The notes under the pieces are model-generated. The model saw only the letters and a list, made by a program, of their open reading frames with translations, did not search any database and was not told the origin of the DNA. The position numbers and the translations under genes are program-made. Shown piece after piece: positions 53,266 to 63,686 of a stretch of 64,000 nucleotides of DNA. Positions within the stretch are counted from its first letter, which is position 1, and every line of letters begins with the position of its first letter. Source of the DNA: Myxococcota bacterium. GTDB lineage: Bacteria; Myxococcota_A; UBA9160; UBA4427. The stretch covers positions 2,336,001-2,400,000 of the forward strand of contig OZ252299.1 of NCBI GenBank assembly GCA_965250285.1, read 5' to 3'.

Positions 53266-55341
53266 TTGGCCGAATCGGCGAAGAAAGAGACCACCCGCGG
53301 CGCCGGCGAGGCTGCGCTGCCCGACGGCGCGATGGTGGGCAGCGACGACGCGCTGCGCGCGCTTCGGGGCATCTTGTGGACGGCGGTGATCGGCTCGGGC
53401 GCCGCTCTCTTTTTCGGGCTGATCTTCGACGATCGCCCGGCGATCACGGTCGGTGCGCTTGCGCTGCTCTGCCTGCCGGCGGTCTGGTGGATGATCCAGC
53501 GCGGCCATGCCATGGCCGCGAGCGTCGGCATCCTCGGCCTCTTCAACGCGCTGACGGTCTACGCCCTGCTCTTCGGCGGCGGCGTGCAAGATCCGACCGC
53601 CCTGCTCTTTCCCGTGATGATCATCGCGAGCGGCATCCTGCTCGATCGACGGCTCGCCATCGGGGCTTCGGTCGTGCTGGTCGGCAGCTGCATCTCGGTC
53701 GGCCTGGCCGAGCTCGGCGGGCTGGTCGAGACCCGGCTGAGCCATCTGCTTTCGGTCAGCGACGTCGTCTTTCTCTCGGTCCTGCTGATCGCGGCGGCTC
53801 GGCTCGTCTACGTGACCTCGCGCGCCCTTCGCGACAGCATCCATCGCGCGTCGCTGACGCATCACAGCTACGAAGAGATCTTCAACGGCACGGGCGAGGG
53901 GATCATCGTGCACGACCCCGACTCGGGCGAGATCCTCGATGCCAATGCGTCGGCGCTCGCGCTCTTCGGCTACTCGCGCGATCAGCGAAGCGCGTTCACG
54001 CTCGATGCGTTCATCGCGGCGGGCCCGCCCTTCGACCGCGAGATCATGCTTCGGCAGATCGCAAACGCTCGCGACCATGCGATCAGCTTCGAGTGGCACG
54101 CCGCGTTTAGAGGTCGCGAGGCCCACTGGCTCGAGGTGAATCTCCGCCCGGCCGTGATCGAAGGCCACAAGCGAATCGTCTGCGTGTTCCGCGACGTGTC
54201 CGAGCAGCGCGCGCTGCGCGATCAGGTGCAGCAGGCCGAGAAGATGAACGCCGTCGGCCAGCTGGCCCGTGGTGTCGCCCACGACTTCAACAATCAGCTG
54301 ACCGTGATCCTCGCGAACGCCAGCTTGATCGAGGCCGGCGTCGAGGGCGACCCTCAGCTCGCCGAGTACACGCGCGCGATCATCGAGAGCAGTCGGCGTT
54401 CGGCCGACCTCACCCAGCAGCTGCTCGCGTTCGCGCGCAAGGGCCAACGCGACCCCGAGCCCCTCGATGTCGATGCTCTCGTCGCCGACGTGAAGGCGCT
54501 GCTCGAGCGCAGCATCGACAAGCGCATCGAGCTGGTGCACGAGCGATCGACCACGCGGGCGATCATCGAGGGCGACGCGACGTTCTTGCAGAACGCGTTG
54601 CTCAACCTCGGCCTCAACGCGCGCGACGCGATGCCGAACGGCGGCACCCTGCGCTTCGCTGTGTCCACCGATTCGACCGACGAGACGCAGGGTGAAAGTC
54701 AGCGGGTGAAGATCGAGATCGAGGACACCGGTGCGGGCATGAACGAAGACGTCGTCAGCCACATCTTCGAGCCGTTCTTCACGACGAAGGATCACGGCAA
54801 CGGGATGGGCCTGGCTGCGGTCTACGGCACCGTCACGGCCCACGACGGCTCGATCGCGGTCGACAGCGAGCCGGGCCGCGGCACACGCTTCACGATCATG
54901 CTGCCCGGCGCACCCGAAGTCGCCGGCGAAACGCCTCGCATGACCGAGCGAGGCACCCCAGGCCGCCACGCGGGGGTGCGCGTGCTTCTGGCCGAAGACG
55001 AGGCGCCCGTCGCGAAGGTCGCGATCGAGGCCCTCACCCGGCTCGGCTGCGAAGTGACGCACGTGCCCGACGGCGAGCGGGCACTCGAGGCCCTCTGTCG
55101 CCCGACCGAGCACTTCGACGTCGCCGTGCTCGATCACTCGATGCCCGAGCTGACCGGGTTCGAGGTGCTCCAGGAGTTGCGCGCGCACGGGCTCGACCTG
55201 CCGGTCATCGCGACGTCGGGCTACTCGGAAGCGAGCGGCTCGCCCGATGCGCGACGGCCCGACGCGTTTCTGCCCAAGCCGTTCAACCTGGCGACGCTGT
55301 CGAGCGCGCTCGATCGCGTGCTGCGCCCCAGCGCTGGCTGA
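53266..55341 (+). CDS. Membrane PAS hybrid histidine kinase/response regulator
   Basis: TM region, PAS, GVAHDFNN, NARDAM, FEPFFTTK, GMGLA, C-terminal receiver; TTG after GGGAG. Confidence 0.92.
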   Translation: MAESAKKETTRGAGEAALPDGAMVGSDDALRALRGILWTAVIGSGAALFFGLIFDDRPAITVGALALLCLPAVWWMIQRGHAMAASVGILGLFNALTVYALLFGGGVQDPTALLFPVMIIASGILLDRRLAIGASVVLVGSCISVGLAELGGLVETRLSHLLSVSDVVFLSVLLIAAARLVYVTSRALRDSIHRASLTHHSYEEIFNGTGEGIIVHDPDSGEILDANASALALFGYSRDQRSAFTLDAFIAAGPPFDREIMLRQIANARDHAISFEWHAAFRGREAHWLEVNLRPAVIEGHKRIVCVFRDVSEQRALRDQVQQAEKMNAVGQLARGVAHDFNNQLTVILANASLIEAGVEGDPQLAEYTRAIIESSRRSADLTQQLLAFARKGQRDPEPLDVDALVADVKALLERSIDKRIELVHERSTTRAIIEGDATFLQNALLNLGLNARDAMPNGGTLRFAVSTDSTDETQGESQRVKIEIEDTGAGMNEDVVSHIFEPFFTTKDHGNGMGLAAVYGTVTAHDGSIAVDSEPGRGTRFTIMLPGAPEVAGETPRMTERGTPGRHAGVRVLLAEDEAPVAKVAIEALTRLGCEVTHVPDGERALEALCRPTEHFDVAVLDHSMPELTGFEVLQELRAHGLDLPVIATSGYSEASGSPDARRPDAFLPKPFNLATLSSALDRVLRPSAG

Positions 55342-55414
55342 GCGCGCCGCGACCGTGTGACCGAACGGACCGGGCTGGCGACCTGCGCCCGGAGCCGCGA
55401 AGCTCGCAGTCATC

Positions 55415-56812
55415 ATGGCTTCGACCGACGGCACCGCGCCCGCCCCGCCCGACTGGATCAAGCTGCGAGGCGAGCATCCCCTCGTGGTCTACATCGACCT
55501 CAAGAGCCCCTATGCGTACCTCGCCATCGCACCGACGCGGGCGATGGCGCAGGCGCGCGGTGTCCCCATCGAATGGCGTCCGTTCACGCTCGACATTCCG
55601 AGCTATCTCGGCTCGGCCAAGCTCGACAAGAAGGGCAAGGTCGACACCGCGAAACGCACGAAGCAGCAGTGGTCGGGCGTCAAGTACTCGTACATGGACG
55701 CGCGTCGCTATGCGAACCTGACCGGCAAGACGGTGCGCGGCACGGTCAAGATCTGGGATTCGAGCCTCGCAGGCATCTCGATGCTCTGGGCCAAACGCGC
55801 CGGCCGGATCGACGCGTACATCGACACGGTGTACCCGCCCTTCTGGCGCCGCGACCTCGACATCGACGACGTCGCCGTCCTCGAGTCGTCCCTCGAAGAA
55901 GCGGGCATCGACGTCGCCGGCTTTCGCGCCTTCGCGGACGGGCCCGGTCGCGCCGAACACGACGCGCTGAACGAAGCCGCCTTCGCCGCCGGCATCTTCG
56001 GGGTCCCCACCTACCTCGTCGGCGACGAGATGTGGTTCGGACGCGAGCACCTGCCTCGCGTCGACTGGCTACTCGGGGGATCGGTGGGCGCCGCGCCCGA
56101 CGTCGGCAACGTGTCGTTCGGCCTCACGCCCGGCGCCGCCGAGGCGGCGAGGACCGAACCTCGGCCCCCGGCGCGGACGGGCCTCGCCGCATCGGCCGAT
56201 CTCACCGTGCTGCTCGACCTGCGCCACCCCGCTTCGGCCCTGGCGCTCGAACCCGCGGCCGAGCTCGGCGAAGCGTTGAAGATCGAGATCGACTGGCTCC
56301 CTCACCGCGTGCCACCGCTCAAGGCCCCCTCGCAGCCCGCGCCCGGGGACGATCGAAGCGTGCTGCACCGGCGCCACCGCGCACGTCACATCGCCCGCGA
56401 GATCGACGTATACGGCCACGCCCAGGGCCTCGCGCTCGAGGGGATCTATCGCGACGACGATGCTGCGGCCTTCGAGGAGGGCTGGCTCTGGCTGCGCGAG
56501 CACGCCCCGTCGAAGCTGCTCGACTATCTCCGGGCCGGCCTGCGCGCCTGGTGGGCCGGCACGCTCGACCCGGGCAACGTCGATGCCGTGGCCGAGTTGG
56601 TCTCTGCCCGCGGCTGTGATGCGCAGGCGTTTCGAGCATGGGCCCGCGAGGCGGGCCGGGCCGAACGCGAACGCATCGCCGACGCGCTCAGCGAGCGGGG
56701 CGTGGGCGGCGTGCCCGGCTATCTGATCGACGGCGAGTTCTTCCAGGGCCGGCAGCACCTGCCGATGCTGCGCTGGATCCTCGGCGGGCGCGTGGGGCCC
56801 GGCCCGATCTGA
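55415..56812 (+). CDS. Tandem DsbA-like / HCCA-isomerase (GST kappa) double-domain protein
   Basis: DLKSPYAYLA...GIFGVPTY...FGREHLP; second domain ends GVGGVPGY...FQGRQHLP. Confidence 0.87.
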   Translation: MASTDGTAPAPPDWIKLRGEHPLVVYIDLKSPYAYLAIAPTRAMAQARGVPIEWRPFTLDIPSYLGSAKLDKKGKVDTAKRTKQQWSGVKYSYMDARRYANLTGKTVRGTVKIWDSSLAGISMLWAKRAGRIDAYIDTVYPPFWRRDLDIDDVAVLESSLEEAGIDVAGFRAFADGPGRAEHDALNEAAFAAGIFGVPTYLVGDEMWFGREHLPRVDWLLGGSVGAAPDVGNVSFGLTPGAAEAARTEPRPPARTGLAASADLTVLLDLRHPASALALEPAAELGEALKIEIDWLPHRVPPLKAPSQPAPGDDRSVLHRRHRARHIAREIDVYGHAQGLALEGIYRDDDAAAFEEGWLWLREHAPSKLLDYLRAGLRAWWAGTLDPGNVDAVAELVSARGCDAQAFRAWAREAGRAERERIADALSERGVGGVPGYLIDGEFFQGRQHLPMLRWILGGRVGPGPI

Positions 56813-57028
56813 GCACGCCCGGCCGAGCTCGCACAAGCTCGAGTTTCGCCTCGGCGATTCACCCGAACCCCTTGGATTTGATGGTCTCTTCCGACCGTCG
56901 ACGCCCCCGGCCCCCGACGCCACAGGGCCGCGGCCCCGGGCGTATGTTCTGCCGCGAGCGCCGATCCATCGCGGGTCCGTGACCGACCCGCCGAAGCTGC
57001 TTCCGAACCCTGCTTTGCCGATCGGGCC

Positions 57029-58150
57029 CTAGCCGGCATCGGTCGCAACCGACTCGGCGGCCGACGCCCCCTCGCCTGCCGATCCCGTGCCCAACCACAC
57101 CCGAAAGATGCTGTACCCGACCGCCATGACGACGGCGCCGACGAAGAGGCCGATGATGCCCGAACGCAGCATCCCGCCGATCGCGCCGATCAGGATCACC
57201 GGCATCGGGATGTCCATGCCACGACCGAGGAACATCGGCTTCAAGACCGAATCGCTCGCGCTGACGACGAGCGACCACACGGTGAAGAGCACCTGGGTGA
57301 CCGTGCTGTCCGAGGTGGCGAGGACCCACGCGATCGCGGGGCCGAGCACGATGAGCGGCGGCAGCTGCGCGACGGCGAGCACCAGGACGAGCACCGCCCA
57401 GAGCCCCGCAGCGGGTACACCCGCGAGCACGAGGCCCAGCGCTGCGAGCACCGACTGCACCACCGCCACGCCCAGTACGCCCGTCGCCACGCTCCGAATC
57501 GACTGCGTCGCGAGCGTGACTGCATGCGCGCCCTGCTCTCCCGCCAGCCGGCGGCCAATCGCATCCGCCGCGGCCGCCCCGCTCTGACCATGCAGCAGCA
57601 TCACCCCGGCGACGATGATGGCCGCGACGGTGACGAGGATCGCGACCCCGAGGCTCGACATCGTCGAGAGCAGCCACGTGGCGAAGCTCGCGGGCTCGAA
57701 GCCCGCCTGGGTGAGCGCGGCCGTCAGATCACGCGAAGCGGTCGACCACACTTCGTTGATCCGCACGCCAACGAACGGCCAGTCGGCCACGCCGGGCGGC
57801 GGCGGCGGCAGGTGGAGCTCGCCCGCGTCGACGCGGTTCGTGAGCCACTGGAGACCCTCGTAGAATGACTCCGAGAGCAACCAGGTGGGGATGGCGATCA
57901 GCGCAACGCCGACAGCGATGAAGAGACCGGCCGCCACACCGGTTCGACCGCCGAGCATCGCGGTCAGTCGCTCGTGCGCAGGGCCCAGCGCGACGGCGAT
58001 GACGATCCCCCAGATGACGAGCTCGAGGAACGGAAGAAACAGCGTGAGGCACCAGAGCGCGAGCAGGCCGACGATGACGAGACGAATCGCCACCTCGATC
58101 GCACGGCGCATGAGCTTCTGGTCTTCGGTCTCGACGACGGCGTCGGGCAT
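57029..58150 (-). CDS. AI-2E family transporter
   Basis: Multi-TM; DSVLKP..LGR...PM.VILIGAIGG...GIIGLFVG; ATG after AGGAGG. Confidence 0.92.
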   Translation of the reverse strand: MPDAVVETEDQKLMRRAIEVAIRLVIVGLLALWCLTLFLPFLELVIWGIVIAVALGPAHERLTAMLGGRTGVAAGLFIAVGVALIAIPTWLLSESFYEGLQWLTNRVDAGELHLPPPPPGVADWPFVGVRINEVWSTASRDLTAALTQAGFEPASFATWLLSTMSSLGVAILVTVAAIIVAGVMLLHGQSGAAAADAIGRRLAGEQGAHAVTLATQSIRSVATGVLGVAVVQSVLAALGLVLAGVPAAGLWAVLVLVLAVAQLPPLIVLGPAIAWVLATSDSTVTQVLFTVWSLVVSASDSVLKPMFLGRGMDIPMPVILIGAIGGMLRSGIIGLFVGAVVMAVGYSIFRVWLGTGSAGEGASAAESVATDAG

Positions 58151-58329
58151 CGTGGCCCTCCTTGTGCACGGGGGTCTCTCAAGCCTAGCGATGGCAGAGG
58201 AGCGGCCGCGCGTGAGGCGATCCCAACGGGTCGCCCCGCTCGGGTCGGCGCGCGCAGCACGGCCGGCCAGACGCTCGGCGCACGCTCGGCCTTTGCTCCC
58301 GCGAGGGCCCGCTGCGGACGTCGATGCGT

Positions 58330-60018
58330 CTAGCGCAGCACCTGGCCCGGCAATGCGCCCGTGTGCTTGCCGCCTTCGAGCAGCACTTCGCCGTTCACGA
58401 TCGTCGCGACGTAGCCCTCGGCCTCGGTCACGTAGCGCTCCGTCTCGCCCGGGAAGTCGCGCACGAGATGGGCGCGGTGCGCAGCCAATCGATCCGGATC
58501 GATCACGAGCACGTCTGCGAAGGCACCTTCTCGCAGCACGCCTCGCCCCTCGATGCCGTGCACGGTCGCAGGCATGAGCGTGTTCCGCCAGACCGCCTGC
58601 TCGAGACTCAGCGGGTCGGGCACCCACTCGGTCAGCAGGCGCGTCGTGTAGTCGGCACCGGTGAACGACGCGAGATGGGCCCCGCCATCCGACGATCCCG
58701 GCATCACGATCGGACTCTCGACGCTCGTGCGCACGACGTGCGCGATGAACTGCGACGCCACATCGTCGCGGCGCGTCTGCCAGCTCGTCTCGAGGTCGTC
58801 GGCGAGGCACACGTCGAGGAACACGTCGAGCAGATCGCCGCCGCCGCGTTGCTCGGCGATCTCGGCCACGCTCATGCCGACCAGTGCCCGGTTCTCCGCA
58901 CACTGGGCCGCCTCGACCTCGAGCCCGCTCCACGCGAATGTCACCGCCCGGCTCTCGGGATCGTCGAACTCGGCGCGAAGCTGCTGGCGCACCGTGGGGT
59001 CGAGCAGAGCGCGGGTGCGCGCTTCACCACTGCGCGTGAGGACGTCGCGCCAGGTCGGCATCTCGTCGAAGACGAACGTGTCCGACAGCTTGAGGTGAAG
59101 CTCGAGGTAGTTCGTGGTGAACATCGGGTGCAGCCGTGCGCCGTGCGTCGTGAAGGCCTCTTCGCAGAAGTCGAGCGTGTCCTTCCAGCCCATCGGGTGA
59201 TCTGCGTTCGGTACGAGAATGTTCAGCTCGATCGGGCGACCCGACACGCGGTACAGGTCGAGCAGCAGCTGGCGATCCTTCTCGTCGTAGCCCTGACCGA
59301 AACTCCGCGGGATGATCTCGACCGCTCCACGGTCGAACTCGGCGAGCACCGACGCGAGCTCGAGAATCTCGTGCGCCGACGCGTGGTTCGACGGCACCTC
59401 TCGACCGTGCTGATCGCAGTGCACGTCGATCTGCGAAGTCGAGAAGCCCGCAGCGCCCTCGCGCATCGCCTCGCGCACCAGCCCCTTCATCGCCTCGATC
59501 TCTTCGGGGGTCGCTTCTCGTTCGGACGCGGCCTCACCCATCACCCAGCGGCGCACGGCGCAGTGACCGACGAAGCTGCCCACGTTGATGCCGATGCGGC
59601 CTTCGAAGCGCTTCCAGTAGTCGCCGAAGCCACCGCCCTCGAACCTCAACCCCTCGGCCAACGCCTTGCGCGACATGCCCTCGACGCGGGAGAGCATGCC
59701 TGCCAGCCAGTCGACGTCATCGGGCTTCGCCGGCGCGAGGGTAAAGCCACAGTTGCCCGCCAGCGCGGTCGTGACGCCGTGCCACGAGGAAGGCGTCGCC
59801 AGCGGATCCCAATCGAGCTGCACGTCGTAGTGGGTGTGCACGTCGATGAAGCCGGGCGTGACCCAACCGCCATCGGCGTCGATCTCGCGCAGGCCCCGTT
59901 CGTCGACGCGACCGACCCGCGCGATGCGTCCGTCCCGAATCGCGACGTCGGCGCTGAACGAGGCCATCCCCGTGCCGTCGACGACGCGGCCACCCCGGAT
60001 CACCAGATCGAAAGCCAT
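58330..60018 (-). CDS. N-acyl-D-amino acid deacylase family amidohydrolase
   Basis: IRGGRVVDGTG, PGFIDVHTHYD, GNCG, SDGGAH. Confidence 0.93.
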   Translation of the reverse strand: MAFDLVIRGGRVVDGTGMASFSADVAIRDGRIARVGRVDERGLREIDADGGWVTPGFIDVHTHYDVQLDWDPLATPSSWHGVTTALAGNCGFTLAPAKPDDVDWLAGMLSRVEGMSRKALAEGLRFEGGGFGDYWKRFEGRIGINVGSFVGHCAVRRWVMGEAASEREATPEEIEAMKGLVREAMREGAAGFSTSQIDVHCDQHGREVPSNHASAHEILELASVLAEFDRGAVEIIPRSFGQGYDEKDRQLLLDLYRVSGRPIELNILVPNADHPMGWKDTLDFCEEAFTTHGARLHPMFTTNYLELHLKLSDTFVFDEMPTWRDVLTRSGEARTRALLDPTVRQQLRAEFDDPESRAVTFAWSGLEVEAAQCAENRALVGMSVAEIAEQRGGGDLLDVFLDVCLADDLETSWQTRRDDVASQFIAHVVRTSVESPIVMPGSSDGGAHLASFTGADYTTRLLTEWVPDPLSLEQAVWRNTLMPATVHGIEGRGVLREGAFADVLVIDPDRLAAHRAHLVRDFPGETERYVTEAEGYVATIVNGEVLLEGGKHTGALPGQVLR

Positions 60019-60055
60019 GATGTCATTCTCCTGCTGTGCGCTGAGGGTCGCTGCG

Positions 60056-61294
60056 TCAGGCGTCGCCCGCCAGTACGACCGGCATTCGGACGATGCCATT
60101 GAAATGCGTCGAGCGCTGACGCTCGGGCTCACCCGCGAGGACGAAGCGCGGGTAGCGCGCGAGCAGCTCCTCGAGCACCACCCGGGTCTCGAGGCGGGCG
60201 AGGCTGGCGCCGAGACAGAAATGCTCACCGTGCCCGAATGCAAGGTGCGGGTTCGCGGCCGGCGGGCGGCTCACATCGAATCGATCGCCGTCGTTCCACA
60301 CCGACTCGTCGCGGTTCGCCGAGCGGTACATCATCGCGACCGGCTCCCCTGCCCCGACCCGTACGCCGCCGATCTCGGTGTCTTCGGCGGCCGTCCGCGC
60401 ATGGCCGTGCACGGGCGTGACCCAGCGCAAGCATTCCTCGACCGCGTTCGGCATCAAGCTCGGCTCGCCGACCAGCTTCTCGCGTTCGGCCGGATGCTCG
60501 ACCAACGCGCGGCACGCCCCCGAGATCAGCGAGCGGGTCGTCTCGTTGCCCGCGACCAGCAGCGTGACGGCCAGCGTCACGACCTCGTCGACACTCAGCC
60601 GAGCACCGCCCGCTTCGGCGTGGACGAGCGCCGAGAGCAGATCGTCGCCGGGCTTCGTGCGGCGGTCTTCGACCCAGCCGCGGATCTGCGCGAAGAACGC
60701 GCCGGCGCACGCCATGGCCTCGGCGACGTCATCGCCGCCGACCTCGCCCGCGTCGAGCAGGATCAGGGCGTCGGCGGCGGCCTGGAAGCTGCGCCAATCG
60801 TCCTCTGGCACACCGAGCACCCGCGCGATGGCGACCGCGGGGATCGGCGCCGCGAGCTCCGAGACGAGATCGATCGGCGCAGTGGCCGACACGCGATCGA
60901 GCGCGTTGCAGATGCGCACCCGCATCCACGACTCGAGCTCGGCCACGCGCCGCGGCGTGAAGACCTGACCGAGCAGCGCTCGCACCCGACCGTGCCGAGG
61001 CGGATCCATGTGGACGATCGTTTCGAAGCCGCTCCCGAGCGCGCTCTGCTCGCCCCGCGCCTTCCGGACCATGTCGATCAGCCGAATGCCCTGACCGCTG
61101 CGGAACAACCGCGGCCGCTTCGATACGGCGCGTACGTCTTCCCAGCGCGTCACGATCCAGACGGGCGAGCCCGGCGCCGGCTCCCAGCGATACAGCGGGG
61201 TCTCGCGACGCATCGTACGGAAGACGGCGTCGACGTCGCCGAGGTAGAACCCCGAGTCTGCAAAGTCGATCGACGCGATCTGGGCCCCGCTCAC
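60056..61294 (-). CDS. Cytochrome P450
   Basis: MDPPRH, AGNETT, EECLR, FGHGEHFCLG. Confidence 0.95.
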   Translation of the reverse strand: MSGAQIASIDFADSGFYLGDVDAVFRTMRRETPLYRWEPAPGSPVWIVTRWEDVRAVSKRPRLFRSGQGIRLIDMVRKARGEQSALGSGFETIVHMDPPRHGRVRALLGQVFTPRRVAELESWMRVRICNALDRVSATAPIDLVSELAAPIPAVAIARVLGVPEDDWRSFQAAADALILLDAGEVGGDDVAEAMACAGAFFAQIRGWVEDRRTKPGDDLLSALVHAEAGGARLSVDEVVTLAVTLLVAGNETTRSLISGACRALVEHPAEREKLVGEPSLMPNAVEECLRWVTPVHGHARTAAEDTEIGGVRVGAGEPVAMMYRSANRDESVWNDGDRFDVSRPPAANPHLAFGHGEHFCLGASLARLETRVVLEELLARYPRFVLAGEPERQRSTHFNGIVRMPVVLAGDA

Positions 61295-61372
61295 GCCGCC
61301 CTCCCCGAGCGCTGCCCGGTCGTCACCCCGAATGCGCGACCTGGCCAGGCCGCCAAGTCGCGGCGTGGCCCG

Positions 61373-62089
61373 CTACCAGGTCTCGACCGAGGTCCGGACG
61401 TCGAGCTCGAAGGTCCATGCTCGCTTGGGCTGGTGATAGAGGTACGCGAAGCCGTCGACGATGCCCTCGATGCTGACCATGCCTGCTTCGCCGAGCTTCT
61501 CGGCGTACTCGGGATAGGCGCCCATCACCTTGTCGCCGCCAATCGCACCGTCGACCACCACGTGGCCCACATGGATGCCGTCGGGCCCGTACTCCTTGGC
61601 CAACGCCTGAGCGAACTGACGCAGGCCCGCCTTCGCAGAGTTGAACGCGCCGAAGAACGCGCGTCCGCGCAGCGAGGCGCTCGCGCCGGTGTAGAGAATC
61701 GTGCCCGCTCCGCGTGGCTGCATGCGCCGCACCGCCTCGCGGCCGAAGAGGAAGCCGCCGAAGCAGCAGACCCGCCAGGCGTTCTCGAAGTAGTCGGCCT
61801 CCATGTCGATGATGCGGCCGGGGGTGTTGTTGCCGGCGTTGTAGACCGCGAGGTCGAGCTCGTCGCCGGCCTTTTCGAAGAGCTGCTTCACGGCGGCCTC
61901 ACTCGTCGCGTCGGTCACGACCGGCTCGGCACTTCCACCCGCACCGCGGATCGCCTCGGTCACCGCCTCGAGGTTCTCGGCCGTGCGGCCGGCGACGAGT
62001 ACGTGCAGTCCATCGCTCGCGAAACGGTGGCAAAGCTGGGCGCCGAGCCCCCGATCGGGGCCCACGCCGATGATCACAGCGGTCTTCAT
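61373..62089 (-). CDS. Short-chain dehydrogenase/reductase
   Basis: GVGPDRGLG, YNAG, TGASASLRG, FNSAK, WTFELDVR. Confidence 0.9.
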   Translation of the reverse strand: MKTAVIIGVGPDRGLGAQLCHRFASDGLHVLVAGRTAENLEAVTEAIRGAGGSAEPVVTDATSEAAVKQLFEKAGDELDLAVYNAGNNTPGRIIDMEADYFENAWRVCCFGGFLFGREAVRRMQPRGAGTILYTGASASLRGRAFFGAFNSAKAGLRQFAQALAKEYGPDGIHVGHVVVDGAIGGDKVMGAYPEYAEKLGEAGMVSIEGIVDGFAYLYHQPKRAWTFELDVRTSVETW

Positions 62090-62136
62090 GGTCGATCCTC
62101 CTCGCCCCTTCGGATGCCGAGGGCGCAGCCAGGGCC

Positions 62137-62823
62137 TCAGTCGGCCAGCATGGGTACGGGTGCGCGATCGGCCACGAAGGCGGCGAAGCGCTCCAGCCAT
62201 CCCGATCGTTGAACCGAAGGTCGCGCACGACACGCCTCGATGTAGTCGGCGAGGGCCGGCGTGCGCGCCGCCCACGGAAAGCCGAGGGCGTCGAAGTGCA
62301 TGAGCAGGGGAAAGACCGCGATGTCGGCGAGGGTGAAGGCGTCGCCCGCGAGGAAGCGGCGACCCTCGACGTATTCGTTCCATCGTTCGAGCTCGCTCAC
62401 GAGCGCGTCGATGCGCGGCTGCAGCTCATCGCGCCCCTTCTTGGCGAACGCCACCGAGCCGAAGATGTTCGACGGATCGAGCTTGGCCTGGAACTCTTCG
62501 ATCCGCATGATCGCCTCGGCCCGGCGGCGGGGCTCGGAGACCGGCGGCATGAGCGGGGGTTCTGGATGCATGTCATCGAGAAAGCGGATCGTCGCAATGC
62601 TCTCGTAGACGACGATCGGCCCCTCGGCCTCGCCGAGGTCGTAGACGAGTGTCGGAACCTGCCCGCGCGGCGTGACGTCGGAGAGCGGCGGCTGCTTGTG
62701 CTCGCCCTTGAAGAGGTCGACGGGCACCTTCTCGAACTCGAGCCCCTTCTCGAGCAGCGCCAGCTCGGTGCGGACGGCATTCTGGGAGGGCGGAAAGACG
62801 TAGATCGTGATCTTCGGATCCAT
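62137..62823 (-). CDS. Glutathione S-transferase family protein
   Basis: PRGQVPTL, YESIA..R.LD, FLAGDAFTLAD. Confidence 0.92.
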   Translation of the reverse strand: MDPKITIYVFPPSQNAVRTELALLEKGLEFEKVPVDLFKGEHKQPPLSDVTPRGQVPTLVYDLGEAEGPIVVYESIATIRFLDDMHPEPPLMPPVSEPRRRAEAIMRIEEFQAKLDPSNIFGSVAFAKKGRDELQPRIDALVSELERWNEYVEGRRFLAGDAFTLADIAVFPLLMHFDALGFPWAARTPALADYIEACRARPSVQRSGWLERFAAFVADRAPVPMLAD

Positions 62824-62921
62824 CCCCCGAGTGTATCCGAACCGTGTGCGTCGCTCTCGGTTCGGGCCGACCTGATGTAGGGTCGAATCGGTCCCGAAAC
62901 CGAACGCCCCGGAGAATCCCG

Positions 62922-63674
62922 ATGCCTCGTGCCTTCGTTCACGGCAATCCCGAGACGCCCGCCATCTGGCAGGCGCTCTTCGACGCGCTGAGCGCGCGCG
63001 GCGAGACCGAGCTGGTCGCCCTCGCCCCGCCCGGCTTCGGCGCCCCGCTCCCCGCCGGCTTCGCGCCGACCCAGACCGGCTACCGAGACTGGCTGATCGA
63101 ACAGCTCGAGGGGCTGGGCGGCGACGTCGACCTCGTCGGTCACGACTGGGGCGCCGGACACGTCTATGGCGTGGCCGCCGAACGCCCCGACCTGTTGCGC
63201 TCGTGGGCGGCCGACTGCGCCGGTCTCGCGCACCCTGAATACGTCTGGCACGACGCTGCCCAGGCTTGGCAGACCCCCGAGGTCGGCGAGCAGACGATCG
63301 CCGCCATGTTCGGCCTGAGCGCCGAGGAGCGTGCGGCGACCTGGGTCTCGATGGGCATTCGCGATGACGTCGCCGCCGCCCTCGCCGAAGCGCAGGACGA
63401 GACGATGGGGCGCTGCATCCTCGCTCTCTACCGTTCGGCGGCCCAACCCGCGATGGCCGATCTCGGCCGTCGACTGATCGCCGCCGAGCGACGCCCGGGT
63501 CTCGTGTTGATCGCGACCGACGATCACTACGCCGGCACCATCGAGATGGCCGAACACATGGCGGGTGAGCTCGGCGCCGCGACGGCGACGCTCGAAGGCC
63601 TGGGCCACTGGTGGATGTTCGATGGCGCCGATGCGGCGGCGGACGCGCTCGTGGCGCACTGGGCCGCCGCCTGA
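62922..63674 (+). CDS. Alpha/beta hydrolase (epoxide hydrolase/dehalogenase-like)
   Basis: FVHGNPE, GHDWG Asp nucleophile, GHWW; ATG after GGAG. Confidence 0.88.
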   Translation: MPRAFVHGNPETPAIWQALFDALSARGETELVALAPPGFGAPLPAGFAPTQTGYRDWLIEQLEGLGGDVDLVGHDWGAGHVYGVAAERPDLLRSWAADCAGLAHPEYVWHDAAQAWQTPEVGEQTIAAMFGLSAEERAATWVSMGIRDDVAAALAEAQDETMGRCILALYRSAAQPAMADLGRRLIAAERRPGLVLIATDDHYAGTIEMAEHMAGELGAATATLEGLGHWWMFDGADAAADALVAHWAAA

Positions 63675-63686
63675 TCGAGCGCGCGT

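Noticed and set aside
52351..55461. Long antisense or alternate-frame ORFs (also 1197-3257, 23132-25069, 36384-38561, 59834-62212)
   Set aside because: Arg/Ala/Pro-rich shadow ORFs expected at high GC, overlapping well-supported genes
56801..57028. MITE defined by a 9-bp inverted repeat GGCCCGATC
   Set aside because: One arm lies inside a coding end, the match is short and GC-rich, and there is no target duplication
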